A DNA stretch of 64,000 nucleotides from an uncultured Alphaproteobacteria bacterium (GTDB lineage: Bacteria > Pseudomonadota > Alphaproteobacteria > Rhizobiales > Hyphomicrobiaceae): contig CAWHBI010000048.1 in assembly GCA_963827545.1 (NCBI GenBank), positions 43,665 through 107,664 on the forward strand. The letters are read 5' to 3'. Position numbers and translations under genes: made by a program. The number at the start of each line of letters is the position of its first letter. The stretch's first letter is position 1. Under the pieces are notes generated by a model. The model was not told the DNA's origin and made no database searches. It worked only from the letters and a program-made list of their open reading frames with translations. Shown here piece after piece: positions 1 to 8,226 of this stretch.

Positions 1-456
1 GTCACGCGACGTTTTCACTGTGAGGCAAGGCATCCCAAATCATGGCCGTCGGCCACGCCGCTTGCAGACGACGATCGACGGCTGTAGCTTTATGCCGCCT
101 GCAGAGATTTGGGTGAGCGCAGCGGGGCGTTTTGAGCCCCGAAGTTGTCATGTGCCGGTGATGCGGCCTTGGGGACAGAGGTGCAAGCGAACCGTGGCTT
201 GGCTGCGGTGCTCGTCGTGGCACCGTCGAGGCTTCCTCAATGCGCTGGTGCGCAGCAAGCCAGTGCGCCAGCATCTTGGCCCAAGCGCATTGTCCCTCCG
301 ACAATCGACCCGGCGCATGTTGCGCGCTGGCTGTCAGGACCGCGCCCAGCGATCTGGCCGAGCGATCGTTTCAAGAGTGCATGCAGGCGGAGCAAGTCGC
401 AGCAGGGGCGCTAGCCGGCACGCGGGAGATGGAGCGGCGACGGGAGGTCCAAAGTT

Positions 457-1308
457 GTGAGCAACGCGGCACAGCCCACGCGGAACTGCCACCAGAGTGC
501 GACCCTGCAGGCCCGACGGCTGGCCGCCGTGGCCTCCATGACGGTCATGATGCTCGCTTTAATGGCTGCGGATGCCGCGCACGAGCAAGCAACGGCGGAG
601 CCACCCACCATAAGCATTGCCGCCACGATCCTCGCCGAGTCGCCTGGGCAGGTTGCCCTTCCCATTCGCGTCGGGCCTGCTTCGTCGATACCCCGCAACA
701 GCTTCCTGACGGTGCGCGGGCTCCCGTCGATAGCCGCATTGTCGGAGGGGTATGCGATTGCGCCCGGCTCCTGGGCTGTTCCGCTCAGTGCGCTGCCAGA
801 CCTCAAGGTCAAACTTCCCGTCGGCTTGACGGGCAGAGTGGATATCGTGGTCGCCCTGGTCGCAAAGGACGGGGCGGTATTGTTCGAAGCGAAGTCGGCA
901 CTCGTGCTTGGCGCGGTCGCGCCGGCAAGCGCACAAGCTCAATCCGATCCGCCGGCCCCCAAGGTCGGGGCTGGAGGCCCGCCGCTGGCATTGCCGAGCG
1001 AGGCATCGCGGTCTGTCATCCTTCCCCAGGATCGCGAGCGCGCGCTGAAGTTTTTGAAGAAGGGCGATGAAGAGATGGCCGCGGGCCTGGTTACTCCGGC
1101 CAGGTTGCTCTATGAGCGCGCCGCAGAACTGGGTCTTGCACAAGCCGCGATGGCGCTGGCTGCCACCTACGATGCCGCCGAGCTGACGCGCCCCCATTTG
1201 CGAGGCGTCCACCCGGATGCCAACGAGGCCAGGCGTTGGTACGAGCGTGCGCGGCAACTCGGCGCCGGGGACGCGGACCAGCGCTTGCAGCGGCTGGGCG
1301 CAAAGTAA
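457..1308 (+). CDS. Sel1-like repeat (TPR-type) protein with N-terminal hydrophobic signal/anchor
   Basis: 283-aa ORF. The N-terminus has a hydrophobic stretch (AAVASMTVMMLALMAADAA). The C-terminus has Sel1-like repeats (ARLLYERAAELGLAQAAMALAATY..., EARRWYERARQLGAGDA). Confidence 0.6.
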   Translation: MSNAAQPTRNCHQSATLQARRLAAVASMTVMMLALMAADAAHEQATAEPPTISIAATILAESPGQVALPIRVGPASSIPRNSFLTVRGLPSIAALSEGYAIAPGSWAVPLSALPDLKVKLPVGLTGRVDIVVALVAKDGAVLFEAKSALVLGAVAPASAQAQSDPPAPKVGAGGPPLALPSEASRSVILPQDRERALKFLKKGDEEMAAGLVTPARLLYERAAELGLAQAAMALAATYDAAELTRPHLRGVHPDANEARRWYERARQLGAGDADQRLQRLGAK

Positions 1309-1483
1309 TGCTGGCAGCCCGCGGTATGGCCTGCCTGAACTGCGTGTTGCGCTTCGGGCACGGCTCGCCTCGCGCGTCGGGATCATGGCAGGACCGCCGC
1401 ATTCTTCTGCACGCGTTCTGATACGGTTTTGGCGTGCGGTTATAGACGTCTTGGCGGTCAAGACTGCGCAGGCGACCGGCATT

Positions 1484-3361
1484 ATGAACGAAAAGCAATT
1501 GCGTAGAGCCATCGAGCAGTTGCTCGAGGCACAGCCTGACAATCAGCGCCTGCGCGACAACCTGGAAGGGCTGTGCCGCGACCCGCTGTTCCCCGGTCTG
1601 ACATGGTACTGGGGCCCGCGGCTCCATGCCCGCAGCAAGGCGGTGTTCCGCCCCTTCATTCTCAATCACTTTTCGGAGTGGATCACATCGAGCAACCGCT
1701 GGATCAGGGTAGCGTGGGCCGACCACGCCAACGATCTGGAGGCCTGGCTGCTGGCGGCGCGTGCCGGGCGGGACGGTGCCCTGATCCGGCGGCTGCAGCG
1801 CTGGAAGTACGCGGCCCGCAAGGGCTGGGGCATCGACCTGGACCGCTGGAACGCGGCACTGGTAGAGGCTTATCGGGCCGCACCCACGCCAGCTGCGCGC
1901 GCGATCGTTCTCGACGAGTTCGACGACTGGTTTCAGCTCGACGAGCCCACCGCGATCCGGCTTTACGACACCGATCGCAGCTCGGCGGCCTTCATTCTAA
2001 AGCATCTCCCCGTCTCGTTCTGGAGCCAGGAAAAGCGGGCGATGTGGGAGAAGCTCGGCGCGCTTGCCCGCGCCCACGGCGACGAAAAGCTGTTCTTCGC
2101 CCTCTACCGCAAGCTGATGCCGGTGAGCCGCTGGGAAACGGAGGTGCTGACCCTTGCCGACGCGGTTGTCGAGCAGGCCGAGCTCAATCGCGTGCTGGAG
2201 AACCGCCATCTGGAGGGCTACGGCATCGAGCGGGGCGGCACGGTCCTGAAGCTGCTGGAGCGGCGCGGCCGGGACGTGATGCCCTACGTGCGCGCCAAGC
2301 TCGAGGAAACGATCGGCGGCTGGGGTAAGGACAAGGAGGCGGCGTCCTTTATCGATCTTGCCGAGCGCCGGGGCTGGTGGGACCTCTGGAGCGCTGCGGC
2401 GCGGACCGCCACCTATCCGAAGCTGTTCAACGAGTGCGTCCGCAAGCTGATGCACAACCAATCGCTCGGCGATGATGTGCGCCGCGAGCGTCTGACGGCG
2501 CTGGCTGGCGTCTCGCGCGAGTGGAGCTGGCCGGGCCTCGGGCTGGCCCGCATCCACGCCCTGGACGATGATCTTGCCGGCCTCGTCTATGCCCGCTATC
2601 CGGATCTGATCCGCGGCCCCTTCCGCGCCAACGTCACTCCGACGTGGTGGCACGGCTATCCAAATCTCGTCCAGGCGGCGCAGGTGGCCCATGACGACGA
2701 TCTCCTCGACACGCTGGCCAGCCGGTACGCGACGCGGATTTCCTGGAAGCGTATGTGGAATCGCGACGAGAAGCCCGATGCGGAGGACAAGACGGCATCC
2801 GAGATTGCCGCCTACTACCAGGCCATCCGCGATCGCGACGCTGTGGAGTTCTCCCGCCGCGCCTCCAATGTCCTGACGCGCATTCCCGCCTATGCGACCT
2901 TCAACCAGCATCAGCTCTTGCGCACCAACGACTTGGCGCGGCTGCTGTTCGTGCGCTCGCTCGACCAGTATCTCGCGGTGCCGCTGGCCGTGCAGGACCT
3001 GGTGGAAGGCTCCAACATCCACGTCATGATGCTGGCCTACCGCGTTCTCGCGCTCCCCGATGCGCGGGCCCGCGCGCTGGCAGCCGACAACGTCGACATT
3101 CTGCTCGGCACGCTGCTGCGGCCGCTGCATCGCAAGACCCGGATGGCGGCCTTCGAGGCGCTCGCCAATGCCGCGCGGCACAGCGAGGCGGTCGCCCGGC
3201 GCATCCACGCCCGGGCCCGCGAAGCCTTGAAGCTGCCCGACAAGAAGTATCCCAAGGCCGAGCTGATCGGCCTCATCGGCTGCACTCTCGCCGCGCATCC
3301 TGGCCTGGCGACCGAGGCCGAGCGGCCGGTTGTCTACCGGCACGCGAGGGCCGCCGCATGA
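1484..3361 (+). CDS. Large alpha-helical repeat (ARM/HEAT-like) protein, first gene of the RT module
   Basis: Long ORF in frame with the 1217..3361 track entry. I chose the ATG at 1484 (MNEKQLRRAIEQLL...), but the RBS is weak and the start is uncertain (alternative ATG at 1385). The C-terminal third reads as helical repeats (LLGTLLRPLHRKTRMAAFEALANAARHSEAVARRIHARAREAL). Its stop TGA (3359-3361) overlaps the next ATG (ATGA). Confidence 0.6.
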   Translation: MNEKQLRRAIEQLLEAQPDNQRLRDNLEGLCRDPLFPGLTWYWGPRLHARSKAVFRPFILNHFSEWITSSNRWIRVAWADHANDLEAWLLAARAGRDGALIRRLQRWKYAARKGWGIDLDRWNAALVEAYRAAPTPAARAIVLDEFDDWFQLDEPTAIRLYDTDRSSAAFILKHLPVSFWSQEKRAMWEKLGALARAHGDEKLFFALYRKLMPVSRWETEVLTLADAVVEQAELNRVLENRHLEGYGIERGGTVLKLLERRGRDVMPYVRAKLEETIGGWGKDKEAASFIDLAERRGWWDLWSAAARTATYPKLFNECVRKLMHNQSLGDDVRRERLTALAGVSREWSWPGLGLARIHALDDDLAGLVYARYPDLIRGPFRANVTPTWWHGYPNLVQAAQVAHDDDLLDTLASRYATRISWKRMWNRDEKPDAEDKTASEIAAYYQAIRDRDAVEFSRRASNVLTRIPAYATFNQHQLLRTNDLARLLFVRSLDQYLAVPLAVQDLVEGSNIHVMMLAYRVLALPDARARALAADNVDILLGTLLRPLHRKTRMAAFEALANAARHSEAVARRIHARAREALKLPDKKYPKAELIGLIGCTLAAHPGLATEAERPVVYRHARAAA

Positions 3362-4956
3362 TCGTGCTCGTCGACTATGCCTCGCCCTCGGTGCTCGAAT
3401 CGACGCGCGATGCGACGACGGTCGGCCTGTCGACCAACCTGCGCCGGCGCGTGCGCTTCCATGGCCTCGTCCGCCAGCACGGCTTCATCCTGCGCATTGC
3501 GCTGCGGGCGCTGGGCGAGGCGATCTGGTCGAACGACACGTGGATTGCCCAGTCCGACCTGCTCGATCCCGTCATCACCGTGCATCGCGACCGCATCTTC
3601 TTCGAGGCGTTCAGCCAGGACCAGTCCACATACGTGTCGCTGATCGTCGACCCGGCCGTGTTCGAGCCCATGGGCGAGGTGGTGACCGGCACCACCAACA
3701 TCGACTTCACGGCTTGGCTGTGGGGTGCGCTCGGCGAGATGCGCACCAGCCGCTCGACCACCTTCCGCATCGGCCCTGAGGGCGTGGAGGTTCGCACATC
3801 GAGCGCCGGCGGCCGCTTCGAGAAGAAGGTCGAGCTGCCGGAAACGTGGGTGCGCGGCTTCCTGCAGGTGCAGGCCGCCATGGGCATGCCGGGCACCCGC
3901 ATCGCCGTGAAGCCGATCGATCTCTTGTCCGCGGTCCGCTTCCTGCGCCACTCCAAGGCCAAGGTTTCTCCACGCGGCATCCGCTACGAGTTCGAGCCGG
4001 GACAGGATGCCCGCCTCGTGCTCGAGCCGTGGGAGCGCGTCGTTCCCCTCGAGGGCGCGGAGCACAACTACACCGAGCCCAAGACCACCCGCGTGTGGGG
4101 GCGCCGCCGCCTCAAGCTGATCGAGGGCCTGCTGCCGTTCGCCGAAGGCGTCGACATCTATCTGAAGGGCCGGGCGCTGCCGAGCTTCTATGCCGTAAAG
4201 CTGCCGGGCATGACCTTCCTGCTCGGGCTCACCGGCTGGTCCGGCAGCGGCTTTACGGGCACCGGCGGCTTCGACCTGCTCGCTGAAGCCGCAGCCGCCA
4301 ACGACAACCTGCTCGAGCCGGCCCTCGCCCTGCTGCGCGAGCGCCAGCACGCCTCCATCGAGGACGTCGCCACCGCTCTGCACATCGATAAAGTTGCAGC
4401 ATCTCGCGTGCTCGTGCGGCTGTGCCGGCAGGGCCGCACCATGTTCGATGTCGAGGCGCGGCGCTACCGCCACCGCGAGCTGTTCGAGATGCCGGCCGAC
4501 GAGGCGACATACTTTCCCCCCGACCGGCGGCAGGAGCTGGCCGCGGCACTGATCGCCGAGAACAAGGTGCGCGTCGCGAGCTGCGCCGCAGAAGAGACCA
4601 AGAAGGTGCGCTCCTTCAAGGACCCCAACTCGGGCGAGGCCAAGCAGAAGATCGTGCGCGAGATCACCTATCGCGACTGGCGCATCATTGGCGCGGCCGG
4701 GGACCAGGATCCGGTCGAGATCGTGGTCAACGACACGGGCCGTATCATCTTCGGCCGCTGCACCTGCCCGCATTTCGCCGAGCACCTGATGAACCAGGGG
4801 CCATGCGAGCACATGCTCGCGCTGTTCAAGGCCAGCGAGGAGCAGCGCGCCGATCGCCCCTCGAGCTCACCGGTCGACAGCCCAACGACCGCCACGACAC
4901 GCAAGCAGCCGTCACGCTGGGAGGTTGACGGCGCCGAAGCAGGGGCGTCAGAATGA
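3358..4956 (+). CDS. Winged-helix + SWIM zinc-finger domain protein, second gene of the RT module
   Basis: ATG at 3358 overlaps the upstream stop (ATGA coupling). The C-terminus carries a SWIM CxCxnCxH signature (CTCPHFAEHLMNQGPCEHMLALF). This is preceded by a winged-helix-like segment (IEDVATALHIDKVAASRVLVRLCRQGRTMF). Confidence 0.8.
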   Translation: MIVLVDYASPSVLESTRDATTVGLSTNLRRRVRFHGLVRQHGFILRIALRALGEAIWSNDTWIAQSDLLDPVITVHRDRIFFEAFSQDQSTYVSLIVDPAVFEPMGEVVTGTTNIDFTAWLWGALGEMRTSRSTTFRIGPEGVEVRTSSAGGRFEKKVELPETWVRGFLQVQAAMGMPGTRIAVKPIDLLSAVRFLRHSKAKVSPRGIRYEFEPGQDARLVLEPWERVVPLEGAEHNYTEPKTTRVWGRRRLKLIEGLLPFAEGVDIYLKGRALPSFYAVKLPGMTFLLGLTGWSGSGFTGTGGFDLLAEAAAANDNLLEPALALLRERQHASIEDVATALHIDKVAASRVLVRLCRQGRTMFDVEARRYRHRELFEMPADEATYFPPDRRQELAAALIAENKVRVASCAAEETKKVRSFKDPNSGEAKQKIVREITYRDWRIIGAAGDQDPVEIVVNDTGRIIFGRCTCPHFAEHLMNQGPCEHMLALFKASEEQRADRPSSSPVDSPTTATTRKQPSRWEVDGAEAGASE

Positions 4957-4965
4957 GTTCTCTTT

Positions 4966-5132
4966 GCGCAGTTCCCGGGTCTGGCAGGACCTTCCAGCTT
5001 CCTATGCCACGGTGCTTCGCCGTGGCGGCTTCCTGTCCCCATCACATCGCCACGGTTCCCCACGTACGAAACGCGGGGAGGCCACGGGTCCAAAGCCTTG
5101 TTGGTGGTTGGCCGGCCGGCCCGGGACTGCGC
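4966..5132 (+). ncRNA. Candidate retron msr-msd non-coding RNA, bounded by a1/a2-like inverted repeats
   Basis: GCGCAGTTCCCGGG (4966-4979) pairs with CCCGGGACTGCGC (5120-5132), giving 13 bp with one bulged T. The enclosed ~140 nt contain hairpins at 5006-5026 (7-bp stem GCCACGG/CCGTGGC) and 5057-5079. The heptamer GCCACGG occurs three times (5006, 5049, 5081). The element sits between the SWIM-gene stop (4956) and the RT start. It is structural inference only. Confidence 0.35.
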
Positions 5133-5163
5133 CCTTGCCCGAAACGGCAGGATGGGTGAGGCG

Positions 5164-6510
5164 ATGCCCCCAACGCCGCTCCTGGTCTACCTCGCGGTCG
5201 GCTTCCTCGTGTTCATCCTGGCGCGCGCGCTCGTGCGCTGGGTGCGGCGGCGCATTGTGCTCAGGAAATGGGCAAAGGCTCCGCAGCGCGATGTGTCCGG
5301 GTTGGCTGATACCGGTGAAGCCGCCTTCAAGCGTGAGGTCGTCAGGACTGGCGGTCCGCTCAAGCCGGGGCACCGCCGGCTGGTGCTGCGCGACAACCGT
5401 CTGCTGCCCAAGCCGCCGCCGGACCCCAACCAGCGCCGCTGGCCGCCGCCGCCCAAGGTCAAGTACCTGACCGAGCGCGAGGCCGACCGGCTGTTTGGCC
5501 CGTCCCTGCGCACGCGCAACCGCGACGTGATGGACCTGGCAACCGACGAGGCCCAGCTGCAGCGCTACGGCCTGCCGGCGTGGAAGACGGAGCAGGACAT
5601 CGCCGCGGCCTTGTCGCTGTCCATCGGCCAGTTGCGGCACATGAGCCAGCACCGCCAGCGCGAGACTGTGCCGCATTACGTCACGTTTGCGATCCCGAAA
5701 CGATCGGGGGGCGAGCGCCTGATCTACGCGCCGAAGCGCCGCCTCAAGACAGTCCTCCGCGCGCTCGATCGATTGCTCGTGTCGAAGCTGCCGAAGAGCG
5801 AGCAGGCGCACGGCTTCGTCAAGGGCCGCTCCATTGCGACCAATGCCGCCCCGCATGTGGGCAAGGCCGTGGTGCTGCACTTCGACATCAAGGACTGTTT
5901 CCCGACCATCCACTTCGGCCGGGTTCGCGGGCTGCTGATCGCGCTCGGATACAGCTATCCCGTGGCAGCATCGCTTGCGGTCCTCATGACGGAGGCGCCG
6001 CGCCAGCCCGTGGCCGCGGAAGGGAAGCTCTATCATGTGCCGACGGGGCCCCGCGTCTGCGTGCAAGGCGCGCCGACAAGCCCAGGGCTGTGCAACGCCA
6101 TCTTGCTGCGCCTCGACCATCGCCTCTCGGGGCTGGCCCGCAAGCACGGCTTCGCCTACACGCGCTATGCCGACGACCTGACTTTCTCGGGCAACGACAC
6201 GGCGAAGATCGCCAAGCTCTTGAAGCTCGTGCCCACCATCGTCGCCGCCGAGGGCTTCGCCGTGAACGCGGACAAGACCCGAATTTTGCGCGCTGGCCGG
6301 CGCCAGGCCATCACCGGCGTGGTCGTGAACAAGGCCATGGGCCTGTCCCGCAAGGAGCGACGCAAGCTGCGCGCTGCGCTGCATCGCCAGAAGACCACTG
6401 GCGAGGCCGGCGCGGGCGAGCGCCTTCGCCTGCACGGCAAGCTGGCCTACCTGTTCATGCTCAACCGCGCACAAGCCATGGCCTTGGGCTGGCAACGGCC
6501 GTCGAGGTGA
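5164..6510 (+). CDS. Retron-type reverse transcriptase with N-terminal transmembrane helix and a ~170-aa extension
   Basis: RT motifs: GFVKGRSIATNAAPH (NAxxH), VLHFDIKDCFPTI, VCVQGAPTSPGLCN, YADD (6166-6177), ADKTRIL and RQAITGVVVN (retron-like VTG region). The N-terminus LLVYLAVGFLVFILARALVRWV is a predicted TM helix. The start is ambiguous (TTG 5098, ATG 5152, ATG 5164). Confidence 0.85.
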   Translation: MPPTPLLVYLAVGFLVFILARALVRWVRRRIVLRKWAKAPQRDVSGLADTGEAAFKREVVRTGGPLKPGHRRLVLRDNRLLPKPPPDPNQRRWPPPPKVKYLTEREADRLFGPSLRTRNRDVMDLATDEAQLQRYGLPAWKTEQDIAAALSLSIGQLRHMSQHRQRETVPHYVTFAIPKRSGGERLIYAPKRRLKTVLRALDRLLVSKLPKSEQAHGFVKGRSIATNAAPHVGKAVVLHFDIKDCFPTIHFGRVRGLLIALGYSYPVAASLAVLMTEAPRQPVAAEGKLYHVPTGPRVCVQGAPTSPGLCNAILLRLDHRLSGLARKHGFAYTRYADDLTFSGNDTAKIAKLLKLVPTIVAAEGFAVNADKTRILRAGRRQAITGVVVNKAMGLSRKERRKLRAALHRQKTTGEAGAGERLRLHGKLAYLFMLNRAQAMALGWQRPSR

Positions 6511-6582
6511 GGGCACCGGCGCCGCGCTCGCCACCCCCTTTGCAAGCTGGCAGACCTCGACGCGGGGTTCCCGCAAGGCATA

Positions 6583-7248
6583 ATGCGCAGGATGGGACTC
6601 GACGGACCGAGGGTTGAGCCGCGCGGCGTGACGCCCACGGCGCTGGTGGTGCTGCTGCACGGCTACGGTGCCAACGGCGACGACCTGATTGCCCTGAGCG
6701 ACGACTGGCGTCGCTGGCTGCCGTACACTGCGTTCGTTGCACCCAATGCGCCGCAAACCATTCCCGGCGCGTACGGCGGCCTGCAGTGGTTCCCGCTGAC
6801 GCTGCGCGATCCGGGCGAATACTGGCGCGGCGTGACAGCAGCCCAGCCGGCACTCGACCAGTTTCTCGACGCGGAGCTGGCCCGTTATCGTCTCCCAGCC
6901 CATCGCCTCGTGCTGGCCGGCTTCAGCCAAGGCACCATGATGGCGCTGCATGTTGGGCTGAGGCGCGCCGCGGCAGCGGCCGGCATCGTCGGCTTTTCGG
7001 GTCTGTTGGCCGGGCCCGAGCATCTCGCGGAAATCAAGGTGCGCCCCCCGATCCTGCTGATCCATGGCGAGGCCGACGATCTGATCCCGGTCGACGCGCT
7101 GCACATTGCGCGGGAGCCATTGGCGAAGGCGGGACTGCTGGTGGAATGGCATGTGCGGCCCGGCTTGGGCCACGGGATTGACCCTGCAGCTCAGCGAATG
7201 GCCGGGCATTTCATTGGCGCCGCGCTCAAAGGCTTGCAGGGTGCTTGA
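6583..7248 (+). CDS. Phospholipase/carboxylesterase-family alpha/beta hydrolase
   Basis: Motifs LLHGYGANGDDLIAL, the nucleophile elbow GFSQGTMMAL and IHGEADDLIP are typical of the family. An alternative ATG lies at 6592. Confidence 0.8.
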   Translation: MRRMGLDGPRVEPRGVTPTALVVLLHGYGANGDDLIALSDDWRRWLPYTAFVAPNAPQTIPGAYGGLQWFPLTLRDPGEYWRGVTAAQPALDQFLDAELARYRLPAHRLVLAGFSQGTMMALHVGLRRAAAAAGIVGFSGLLAGPEHLAEIKVRPPILLIHGEADDLIPVDALHIAREPLAKAGLLVEWHVRPGLGHGIDPAAQRMAGHFIGAALKGLQGA

Positions 7249-7381
7249 GATCAATCGAATTTCCCTTGTCTGCCCGATGCCTAGCCGCGGCTTCACATCG
7301 CAGACACACGCGGCTAGTATGACGCCGCTTTGAAAGGCCCCAGGCATTGATTCGCCCGTAGGAAGCGAGCAGAAGAGTATC

Positions 7382-7942
7382 GTGAACGCCTACGCTGCAA
7401 CCCCTGAGAGCTTCCCGGCACTCGTGCTCAACGCCGACTTCCGACCCCTCAGCTATTACCCGCTGTCGCTGTGGAGCTGGCAGGAATCCGTAAAGGCCGT
7501 CTTCCTCGAGCGAGTGAACATCGTCTCCGAGTACGACCGCTTCGTGCGCAGCCCCTCTTTCGAGATGCGCCTCCCCAGCGTGGTGTCCCTGAAGACTTAC
7601 GTGAAGCCGGCTCTCTATCCCGCTTTCACGCGGTTCAATGTGTTCCTGCGCGATCGCTTCACTTGCCAGTATTGCGGGTCAAAGGACGACTTGACGTTCG
7701 ATCATCTGCTTCCGCGCTCGCGCGGGGGGCAGACACGCTGGGACAACGTCGTAGCGGCCTGCGCCCCGTGCAATCTGCGCAAGGGCGGCAACCTGCCAGA
7801 CCACGGTGGCATGCGCCCGCGGCAACTGCCGTACCGACCGACCGTGTTCGAGTTGCATCGCAACGGGCGGCTCTTCCCGCCCAACTACCTGCACCAGAGC
7901 TGGCTCGACTATCTCTACTGGGATACCGAACTGGAGCCGTAA
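7382..7942 (+). CDS. HNH endonuclease family protein
   Basis: CQYCGSKDDLTFDHLLPRSRGGQTRWDNVVAACAPCNLRKG matches the HNH/zinc-finger signature. GTG start. Confidence 0.8.
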   Translation: MNAYAATPESFPALVLNADFRPLSYYPLSLWSWQESVKAVFLERVNIVSEYDRFVRSPSFEMRLPSVVSLKTYVKPALYPAFTRFNVFLRDRFTCQYCGSKDDLTFDHLLPRSRGGQTRWDNVVAACAPCNLRKGGNLPDHGGMRPRQLPYRPTVFELHRNGRLFPPNYLHQSWLDYLYWDTELEP

Positions 7943-8016
7943 GGTATTGGTGCGCAAGTGCTTCTGGCCTCCAGCTGCTCGGAGGCCAAAATACGTTTGT
8001 GCTGGTGGGAGTGCGT

Positions 8017-8226
8017 TCAGGCTGCCTTGCGTTGCTGTGGGGTGCACAGGGCCTGGGCAATGCGATCGACGGCCGTACCCCAGCCGGCGCCCTCAGCGCC
8101 ATCCAATCCGAATGCGCTCAGCGCCCCGGCGGGTGTGCCGCCATCGCGGAAGATCCGGGCACAGGCAGCGCGTGCGTAACCAATCGCCTGCTCCCATTGC
8201 ACAGCATTGATATGGCGGGGGAACAT
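8017..8226 (-). CDS. Small hypothetical protein (69 aa)
   Basis: Internal ATG of ORF 8017..8352, preceded by a good RBS (GGAGAAGGGAAACAC-ATG). I recognise no family. Confidence 0.4.
   Translation of the reverse strand: MFPRHINAVQWEQAIGYARAACARIFRDGGTPAGALSAFGLDGAEGAGWGTAVDRIAQALCTPQQRKAA

Noticed and set aside
1-456. Several overlapping ORFs at the window start (2..304 minus; 20..460, 145..414 and 240..1070 plus).
   Set aside because: None has protein-like composition or a recognisable family, and they overlap one another. The region may be intergenic or the edge of a gene I cannot identify from a fragment.
1309-1483. Alternative location for the retron ncRNA, upstream of the first gene of the module.
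   Set aside because: I found no long-range inverted repeat or stable hairpins comparable to those at 4966-5132. This remains a fallback if the 4966-5132 candidate fails.
5002-7347. 781-aa ORF antisense to the RT and carboxylesterase genes. Similar long shadow ORFs are 1997..3343, 3334..4812, 14015..15883, 20604..22040, 33363..35228, 39628..40872 and 47641..49149.
   Set aside because: They lie opposite or out of frame to genes with clear family signatures. They are Arg/Ala/Gly/His-rich with no recognisable motifs. Long stop-free alternative frames are expected in GC-rich DNA.
7382-7942. HNH endonuclease as a fourth component of the retron-like module (some retron types use HNH effectors).
   Set aside because: It is separated from the RT by an unrelated carboxylesterase gene and a 130-bp gap. 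This HNH type (about 186 aa, CQYCG...CNLRKG) looks like a widely conserved stand-alone alphaproteobacterial gene. No evidence of coupling is visible.
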